Shown here: positions 54,701 through 64,000 of the stretch, piece after piece
Position numbering within the stretch: position 1 is the stretch's first letter
How the letters are laid out: each line of letters starts with the position of its first letter
Assembly (NCBI GenBank): GCA_046563655.1
Contig: CM102290.1
Location: forward strand, 6,820,001 to 6,884,000
Direction of reading: 5' to 3'
Length of the DNA stretch: 64,000 nucleotides
Source of the DNA: Yuukianura sp. NJ FZ-2021
Taxonomy: Eukaryota
Translations under genes and position numbers: made by a program
Notes under the pieces: model-generated
What the model was told of the DNA's origin: nothing
Database searches by the model: none
The model's input: only the letters and a program-made list of their open reading frames with translations

Positions 54701-57700
54701 GCACATTTTACTTCATCCGCGAAATGGGAAATGTGATAATGGGAATGCTTTCTTCGTTTATTGCCAAAAAAGGAATAGAAGCGTCATGTCATAAGCTTTT
54801 CCATTGACTCATTTATGCCAAAACGGTTGAAAACGCGTTTCCTTACCGAGAAATTTTACCACAATGATTAAATTTTCCAGCTTACATTTTTTTTCGCATG
54901 CCTATCATTCTGTTTTCGTCATCGTATGCCAAATATCGGATAAATTTTTTCAAGTACCCTTCAAATAGTCATGCATCTTTTAAATAGCGAATACTAGCGA
55001 AGAAATGTATTCTCCTTTGAACACATTTTGTTTTAAATCTTGTTGCATCAATTACTACAGGTTACTACACTGCAGGCCAAAAAATTAGCATGGTGTGGCA
55101 CGTCCCCATCATCTAGATTTGCTCATCTAAAATGCTGAGGTGAGTCACTTATTAGATGATGTTTAGGATACCAAAAGCAATCAATCTAAACGACGTCCCA
55201 GCTTTTGTTTGAAATTCAAAACCACCTTAGCATACGTCCATCAGATTCACCACTCAAATGAATTGACTTTTCATTTATTAGCTTCATGCTATTAGCTTCA
55301 CGGCCTAAATGAGACAAGACAATTTAATCGTGGAACTTTAGACTTTCAATTTCATTTCCTAATTGGCACGCAGTGCAGACTTCATGCACCCACGCGTGCC
55401 ACGGACTCAGGAAATTGAAACAATCCAAAAAAAAATCTACAAAAACTAAAAGTTGTCTTAAATGGACATTTTCTTTACAACCTTCATATAATCCAAAACG
55501 CTCAATTTCTCAGCGACTGCGAATTATGTTTCTTTACGGACATAAAATTTTTTCCATTTAGTGAGCCAAACTTTTTTGCCAAAGGAAAATAAGTAGTTGT
55601 TATTACGACGTTCCATCTTCAAATGGCGAATGCTTAACATTCGCTAGAAAAAAAAAAGATGCGGACTCTACAGAAATCTTTTAAGTGTGTCACAACAGCA
55701 AATTGCATCCAAGCCCTTCTGTCTAGTTGTTCAAATACTTTTTATAAATCTTAAAAGAAGCCGGAAGTGACGAAAATAAGTGGAAGGATTCGCATAGGCT
55801 GAGAATGTCAAGAAGACAAAAGAAACGGCGCCCCAATGGTACAAGCCTCTCTGCTTTCACCCAGGGAAAAAGTTGGTGAGGAAATGGAAGAAAATGACTA
55901 AAAAGCTTCTTCTTTTACTTTCTTTTGAGCAAAATATCTCAGCCTCTGGCCGTATTATTTTTTTCTAACAAAAAAAAAAGAAAAATGCTAGGCAATGAAT
56001 CTGTCCGGAAGCGCGGAGCGTTTCTACACTTACATCATCTTCCGCTTCCTCCAAAATGTACTCATTCAACATTTCCGTTTAACCCGGGTTTCTTTAGTCT
56101 GTCACTCCGCAAAAAAATTCTTTTAGGAACTGTTACTGAATTCTTCGTTCTGACCGTATGAATTGAATGAGTTCAACTTCAGAGTAACTCAAGCAAAAAA
56201 AAAATCCTGTCCATAAAGATGTTGCAACTTGTGAATTTTGTTTTAAAGATTGAAGTTGTTATTTATAGTTTGCAGTTCCTGGTTGAGGAAACATAATTGA
56301 CTTGGAGTTGGACAGGCTTTCCAATGGAAGTTTGGTAGCACATAGTGATAGAATTTCAATTTAAAATCTAAAAATAGAATAGTAGAAATTACATCTCTTC
56401 CAATCATCGAGAAACAGCAGAACGTTTCATAATTTAAAAAAAAATCAAGGCCTTGGGATGATGTATACCCATCATATCCAGTTGCGCTTTCCAAAAAAAA
56501 GTTCATTTCTATTGAGAAAATATGTTGAAAATGCGCACTGCTGCTCGAGATTTATCTTTAGCGTACCATTTTTTGGAACTCTGTGTGCCAGAATTTTGTA
56601 GAAGTGGTGAAGATCTGCCGACTTACTAAATCAAACTGAAAAAGAATGATGCATCCACTATTAATTAACCTGTTAAATCTGGCGAGTGGAGATGAAGTGC
56701 CAAACTAAAGAGGTTTTTCCTGTATCGCTGTTTGAAATGGCCCACCTTAAAGAATGTTTCCGAACAGCAGCAGAGAAACAGGATATACGACACCTGGAAT
56801 ACTGCTGAACAACCCCGCTGCGACAATACTTTCTCGCAGTGCCAAAATCGCAATTCCCTGACTCTTATGGACCAAACCTATCCTAAGTCATTGGCATTGA
56901 GAATGAGATTGATGGTCCATAAGTGACCGTTCATGAGTGTCTAGTTATACAAAGTCACGCTGGACTGTGCGTCGTGTCGTGGATAGAAAAACTAGAAACC
57001 GAAGGGTGTGCCTTACAAGGAAGTCTCACAGTGTGACTCACACTCTTCATGTTTCCATGTCTCTGCTTTAGTTTCTGATTACTGTAAGGTGTGCCAATTC
57101 TGCCGCCGACATTTTCTGATGAATTTTTTCAGGAATCATCAATGTCACAACGGGAAGTCAGGTGAAATTGAATAGTGACAGACTGAGAATATCCGTTCAT
57201 AGGCAATTTGAGTCTAAACTACTTTTAGTGTTAGTTAGCAATGTTTTCCTTAAATCCAAATGCGACAGGATCCACAAAATTTCCAGACAAATCCTGCGGA
57301 GTAAAATGAATGAAACTTCGCATCAACATTTAGTGACCTCTACGACCCGAGCACTGCAGGGAATAGCATTTTTAACAGCAAAAATATGATAGATTTACCT
57401 CCATCAGCCTACCAAGGGGTCCAGTTGCACGCATTCGTTGAAAATGCTGGATCTAACAAACCACGCTCCTCGCTTACGAAAGCGTGTGCTGGAAAAAGTA
57501 ATAATTTTCCTTTATTGGCGAATCCACTTTGTTAATTTGCAAGGCAGACTGGTTTCCCGAATCCTAATGCTTCATTCTCCTCTGTTTTAATTATTCATGT
57601 TCTAGTCCAATTGTTCAGCGGAAAGGAGCGTACGCACGGAATTCATGAATGGGAACCGGGCCAAGTGTGTTTCTAGGACCGTGACTCCAGAACATATCTC

Positions 57701-60700
57701 ACGCCGTCCAAAGGTCCTGAATCCAGTACCAAATGAATTGACAAGTCTTGGGGAATGGCTGTTTGAACAAAACGTCGAGCACAGGACGACGTGCTCTAGG
57801 AACAGATTACCACATTCACTTGGTTTTGGGCAATTGAGCATGACTGGTCTTAAAACCTTTGGTCGAGGCAAAATCACAACAAAGAACGTAAAAGGAATAC
57901 ATAAATCACGCCGCTGTACTTTGCAGTAAAAGTTACAAGATCAGCAGCATCTTAATTCTCAATGGAGGAGAAAGGGAAAGGAACAACGACGAGGGATTTA
58001 TTTTTACAAGTTATAATTTTTTTTTAGAAAATTGTCTCGCAAACACAAACAGTAGGTTTCAACAGTAGGGATTTTTTAAAAATGACTATAAGTAAATCAT
58101 AGTTATTTGTAGCCCGTTCAGTTTCCTTTGTGGTTAGCAGAAAGATATTAGTTTTTATTGAGGAAGATTGAGTTAAAGTCCTTTATTTAGAATTATTCCA
58201 CATTCAATTGTCATCTTAATTGACGAATGGGACTCTATTTACTCAATCGCCTCACAATTGCCTAAACTCTTGTTCAAAAATCCTGTTTTCAAAAAAGCAA
58301 AATGGACTTTAGTTACTGATTCTCATCATTTCAAACTAGGCTCAAATGTCCCCTCATAATAGTTGGAAATTCCTGTTATAATGTTGTTGTAATGTTGCTG
58401 CAACGAAAAAGAAAATGTTGATTCAAGTGGGACTAAATGGGCGATAGAACGTTCACACGTCTCACAACATTTCCAATAGCAAGTCAGCTAAACGACTATC
58501 AGGATTGTTCGTTGTTGGGAAAGCATCTTCAACAAGAAAAATGGAAAATCAATTCTAAAATTGTCTAAAAAAATTTTTTACGAAACCGGAAAATTGACTT
58601 GATTGAATTCGACAAACTTAATAAAATTTCAGACACAGCTAGTACATGCTTCAGGAAATCAAAAATTCAAATAAAATTGAGGATGGAACTCAACATCGTA
58701 TTGCACTTTGGTTTTGAACAGGCTTTTTGACGGTACCAAATAAATCACAATGTTTAAATCAACCCAACGCATGAATCTCAAATTCAACACACAAAGACTA
58801 ATAACGATTCTATTCGTATTCTAGGGATAGACAATTATAATTGCTCGAAACCAGACATTACGGAAAACTTCAACATTAAACTATGTTCAGTTCCAAACTT
58901 TTTTTTTGCAGATTAAGACGGGGTAAGATGGAGTTGGTTCGAAAAAAAAACGTTTCAGTTTTTAAGTGTGTGGGAAGATGATTTGAAAGGAAAGACAACA
59001 ATAACCTGGAAGAACGTCTGCTGACAGGGATTTATGCCAAAAACAGTTTCAAAAGTGGGAAAAGTAAAGCTCTAAAGAAGCTTTTTGAAAGATGGAGTAT
59101 GGAAGAGACTTTAATCTCCATAGACGTTAGTACGACCACCCACAGTAAACGATGTAGCATTTTAAGAAGCTCAAAATGTACAAGTACTTCGAAAATTTAA
59201 ATAAGAAGTTTAAGGTAATTTAATTGTCGTCTGTACCATAGGAATATGGAAGTAGAAGTGGAACAAGTCCGTTTTTCACACATTTTCAATCCTAGCAACA
59301 ACTTTTCAATTCCAATCAACAACTTTTAAAGAAGAAGAAAAGAAAGAATACGGAAATTAGAATTCCGAAACGCACTTTTCGATTCCTGATACAAATGATT
59401 TCCATTTGAATTTACGTGAATAACGTTGGTTCTAAAGTAGTAAAGTACGTGAGTGAGTTATTGCAGCGACCATTAGTCGAGGACACGACAAGTCATTAAC
59501 ACTTTCCACCTTAAGGCTAAGGATACAAGTCATCTTTTCTTCAAAAAAATTAAAAAGTTCCAGAAGCGTATCTTCGACATACATTTTCAGCCAGGATAGA
59601 TAGGAATCGTGAGGGACGGAAAAAATTAAACGTGGCGAGAACAATGGAAGCTAGTGAGAGATTAGAAGATTGCATGTAAAAACCGATTTTTTCTGGACAA
59701 AAGATTTCCGAAGATGAGATTTCAGGATAGAAGGCTCTTCCTAAACCATTTCGAATTGAAAGTTTTGACAAGGCGTGGGAAATACGATGAAAATCTTGTA
59801 GTGTGAAGTGTTCAAATCTACCAAAAGCCTATTCGCGCCTCCAACCAATGTGTCCAATCTAATGCATCAATTGATTAATCAGTTGAACAGATCCAAGATC
59901 CGTTCGAGAACATATTTTTTCCAACAATTTTCAAAATACTAAACAACATGCCTAACAAGTTTAAAAATATTAAACAATATGTCTGGTCCTCACACAAAAT
60001 CCATACATTATTTCCACAGAGCCCTTAAGTTACGCTACCCAAAAGAACTTTTTGGAATGTACCCAACAAGCCTTGATTGTGTGACATGGTAGCAGTTAAT
60101 TTCTTATTAGCTAACGATTTATGCGAAGTGGTGGACTCATGCTTATGATTCATTACTTGGTGATGGGAGACGATGCACTTTTTTAGAATCAATCAACGTT
60201 CTAAAAGGATTTTACAACAACCCTCCCGCCCACTTCCAAGTTCCCTTCTATATTTTATGACAGGCTCATAATGGATTTCTAAAGCCCGAAGATCACGTAA
60301 AGATTTCTTTCCTAGAATAGGATCTGGTGAAGCCCATGTACATTGCTCACTCTTACTCATCCACAAACCGACATGTCATCATCGGTTTTTTTGAAAAAGT
60401 TCTAAATGAGTTCTGTGCAAGAACGTAAGTGGAATATCTGGAACATTCAATGCATGTGCAAAGAGGCTTACCCACTGTTGCGTATTGTCATTGAGCTCTC
60501 CTTCGTTGTCATCTTCGTACGAATCATCTTCATCTTCGTCATCTAAATCATCGTCAACACGAGGCGTCACTTCTGGAATTCTTCTCCCGTCAGTTTGGAA
60601 CCCGGAGGTCGTAAGATCTCCAAACTTTGCCTTGTAGCTGCTTGAACCATCAACAGCGACCTACGCAAGGTGAAAATTCAAACCCCAATTACAATTTGTC

Positions 60701-63232
60701 ACAAAGCACATTGATTCTATCCAAGAAATTTGAGATGCCTGAAATTTAAAAACGCCCAAACTAAATTTAACCTAAAAAAATGAATGAAGATATTAAAAGT
60801 TACAAAATTTTCAAACAAAAAATGCATGCACTAATTGCTATCCATGATTAATAAGTCTCTGGAGGAGGAAGAGAGATGCTGAATAAAGACATTTTGTTTA
60901 GAGAGAGGCTTGCCAAAAAGAAAGATCAAATCACGACTTTGGTACAAGCCTAGGCATCCGATCGGCGTAAATGGATTATGGCACATTATTATAAATGTGT
61001 TAGCCATAATTGGTGCTTTAAAAGGGCTGGAGATTATGTCTAAAAGACTCGGAATACATGGAATATGAGGTGGTTCCAACCATAAGTTCAAAATAATTAC
61101 ATGTCATGCCTCATTAATGCGGCGACTTCCAAAACAGACACATGACATTAGTTGGCAGGGAATGGTGGGTCGGATGACCTTGGACACTCCACCCAGCCGT
61201 AAAGTTTGGGCAGAGGTCAATTTGCCATAAATTAGAAGAGTGACATGACAGGGCGCGTACCGGCGGCGGTGTTTCCTTGTCATTATTATGCAGAGGCAAA
61301 GAATATGCATTGGCAAAAAAACGACCATGGCGTGTCTCAATTTAGTAAAAATACAATTTTTTTTTGTTACGGAGTTATGATTTAGGATCGTCAATTCATT
61401 TTCAACTTCAACTTATGCTTACCTATGACCATTACACGTAACTGAGAATAGTAAAAAAAAACAAAACAACAAAATTGATGCTCATGTGTCAAAAATGTGT
61501 GTTTAAAGTAATTGTGCAGAATAATAAATTCTATGAGTGTTATAGAATTTCCTTGTGTAGCAAAACACTTACGAAGCTAAAATCGTATTACTTCGCACAA
61601 TTCTTTACTAAACACGTCTTTTCGCTTTCCATTGAAAAGTTATAATATGTGAGCAGTGCTCATTTCGCAATTTCTCTATCTCGAAGAATAAATTTTAGAA
61701 ACTGCAAAGTGCTAAGTGTAACTGATGACTCATTTTTTATTCGCGCTAATTCGCCTTTTGCATGAAAGAAGGTCAACAGTATTAGCTGAATCAGTTAGCG
61801 GGAATTTTGCAGGCTTACGTTTAATAACCACGTCTATGAGGAACAATTAAGACAGCAGTCTACGTATGAGACGCCAGACGTCATTATACACAATGTTCAA
61901 CTAGACACTTTACAATAGAAAAATCGCTTGGCGGGCGCCGTACAACGCGCTAACATAAACCCCCACTGGGTTAATTATGATGTTTGTGTAATTTGACGTT
62001 AACCTCGTTACTATTTTAGCTAATTCATTCTACTTTTAGTTTATTTCCAATTTAGGAGTCTTGTCCTCATAGCATTCAAATGCAATGGATGGTCACCGTC
62101 CAACAAGCGAAAGCGATTAATTAATCGCATCGCAACACACGATTAATTCAACACATAGGTCAGGGACCTCGCTTCTCTTCAATCAACAGTCACTCGTCTG
62201 CTAGACTAAATAAACTTTTGCAGCGGAAATCAACGTTCTAAACTTTCTGTATTCAATTCCATCCTTTCGTTTTGAACATTCGCGAACTGATGTTTTAAAA
62301 CCAGAATTCCACAATCAGTTAACGGTTAACCCTAATTCCGAAGTATCCGCAAAAAGAAAACACAAAAGGCAGAAAGCATCTAAAGACTCCGCTCGTTTTT
62401 TATGAATTTTTTACGGCGTCTTCTTTACTTTGGTTTCAAATAACAGTGCCATTCTCTGCAATTTTGTGTTCACATGTTTATCTGTTCTAAATTTAAGTAA
62501 TGTTCTGCCTACAAGTGGGGCAAAATTCACTGCGGAGAGATTCCGAAAGGGAATTTGACCCCATTCCTTGAATCCATGTCATTTGTCTTGTTTGCCTTCA
62601 ATTAAATAAAAATCAAAACATGAAAGTCAAAGGAAAGTGTTATTTTTGAGTATTTGAAAAAAGGCGCGCGTCTTGTGTAGCGTCCATTGTTTACTCGCTC
62701 CGTTTGCTTAGCTCCTGTTTGCTGAATTGTATTTAAGTGTCAAATAGAAGTGCTAACAAAGTACTTTATCACTTCAGTTCAACAGTACACGAACCTATAA
62801 CATGTCCAATACCATCGAAATCAGATTTGGCATTTTAGATTCATAAATTGCCAAAAAGGAATCTACTGGCTGCGTTTTTTAGCCTCTACGAGTACCATTA
62901 TAACGTGAAACGCCCGACGCGCTTTCAAAATAACAAGAGTGTATCTCTGATTGATTCCTTCAAGTGAGAGATGGCATTTTTAAAAATCTTACCTTTGGAG
63001 TTGACTGGTATCCGCCGTCGAGTCGATTGATGACACGATCTAAGCTCTTGAAGCGTGAGATGACTGGTGGGTCAGACTTTTTGGAAAGTGGGGTCAACGG
63101 TGGGGCTCTGAAGGAGTTGACTGGTGGGTTCTCACTGAGGAGGGGTTGAAAGCATATCGCAGTGAAGATCCAGAACGGAAGGGATGGGAAGATTCGCATT
63201 TTGAACTGAATTTTATGGCACTTGTTGTCCAT
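48579..63232 (-). CDS. Pvf: PDGF/VEGF-related factor (Pvf2/Pvf3-like secreted cystine-knot ligand), 7 coding exons, ~479-490 aa
   Basis: Exons 63232(or 63199)-62993, 60660-60472, 52189-51889, 51825-51593, 49351-49107, 48922-48791 and 48711-48579 splice in frame. N-terminal hydrophobic signal-like segment MRIFPSLPFWIFTAICFQPLLS. PDGF domain with all 8 cysteines (SCKIPKP...PHCTILHQCSDDTGCCRHDVFTCSP...NHTECECRD), then a C-terminal Cys-rich CKCP/CTCDC region. Linkage of the two 5' exons is inferred from phase and splice signals. Confidence 0.88.
48791..48922 (-). CDS. Pvf: Pvf exon 6 (CKCPS...CTCDCFDKQREC...)
   Basis: aaaag / gtaaaa, phase 2/2. Confidence 0.87.
49107..49351 (-). CDS. Pvf: Pvf exon 5 (FYNHTECECRD...)
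   Basis: tgcag / gtaagt, phase 0/2. Confidence 0.9.
51593..51825 (-). CDS. Pvf: Pvf exon 4 (PDGF/VEGF domain core)
   Basis: aacag / gtaagt, phase 1/0; PHCTILHQCSDDTGCC motif. Confidence 0.92.
51889..52189 (-). CDS. Pvf: Pvf exon 3 (Thr/Ser/Gln-rich low complexity)
   Basis: tttcag / gtttga, phase 0/1. Confidence 0.82.
60472..60660 (-). CDS. Pvf: Pvf exon 2 (acidic DDDLDDEDEDD tract)
   Basis: cgtag / gtaagc, phase 0/0, 189 nt open. Confidence 0.72.
62993..63232 (-). CDS. Pvf: Pvf first coding exon (signal peptide; ATG at 63232 or 63199)
   Basis: Hydrophobic N-terminus; donor AAG|gtaaga, phase 0. Confidence 0.7.
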
Positions 63233-64000
63233 GACTGAGCAGTGTCCACCAAAGTTCCAGATATCTCATGACAAGAATCAACCCCCTTCGTCACACCAAA
63301 TTAGGAGAGTAGTTTTAATCGAATCTTCTTTCTGTCTGCACAGATCTACTCCAAACAATCTGTCACGTGGGAAGAGTACAGTTGTCCTTGTCACCTTACA
63401 TTTTGTTCCACGAGGACAATTTACAAGATCTTCTTCCAAAAGTTGGCGTTATTTTATGCATCTTCATGCTGCAAATCCTTGTATAGTTTTTTTTATAACT
63501 CTATAAAGTCACTGAGATTTTGATTTCGCACTTAGGCACTTGGGTATTGTCGACGTTGTCAAGAAATAAAGTTGTCTGGGTCGCTGGAGATGAGGCCCAG
63601 GGGAGTCTGGACTGCAGCCACTTTCCGCATGGGAGAATTGCGCTTATGAAGATGACCTTTAGTGACACGAAGATCTTTTAGGCTGAAACAAATAATAACG
63701 AGGAGCAGTAAAGTTAAAAAGTTGGACTATTACACCTCACGCTTGTCTTGTACTCGTAAGTGACTTTTCTCAGCAGTATCAAATTTTGATCTTGAAAATT
63801 ATTCTAAGACGTGAGACTTGACAAACGAGAACAATCAAATTTTATGCTTCTCATAAAGATCAGCCAGAGGAACAGAATAAAAAAAAACGTCACCCTCGTG
63901 TCTAACTCAAAGGGTAATAGCTGGTTGAGAGTTCCAAAAAATTGTCGAAAATTTATGAAGACAATTCAATTCAATGAAGAAATTGAATACCATGGTCGTC

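Overview
Eukaryotic, AT-rich, intron-dense genomic DNA from an arthropod (inferred from protein similarity to insect orthologues; species not determinable). It contains three protein-coding genes, reconstructed by hand from splice sites and phase continuity. (1) A neurobeachin/rugose (BEACH-WD40) gene on +, with 49 traceable coding exons from 3724 to the stop at 44655 (~2860 aa in the window; the 5' end is probably upstream). (2) A 3-exon, 365-aa mab-21 gene on -, nested antisense in the 15.2-kb neurobeachin PH-domain intron (21493-36694), which is the known ancient Nbea/Mab21 arrangement. (3) A 7-exon PDGF/VEGF-related factor (Pvf2/3-like, ~480-490 aa) on -, convergent with neurobeachin. No prokaryotic system, CRISPR array, tRNA/rRNA or autonomous transposon was seen, and I found no clearly novel biological system. 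The less obvious signals are a six-copy GGGYACTY motif cluster downstream of mab-21, a candidate 36-nt in-frame microexon in the PH domain, a GC-AG intron, a phase-compatible alternative-splicing region in the variable part of neurobeachin, a diverged fold-back repeat with a GC hairpin between the convergent genes, a Helitron-like 3' end and a 3-copy dispersed repeat.
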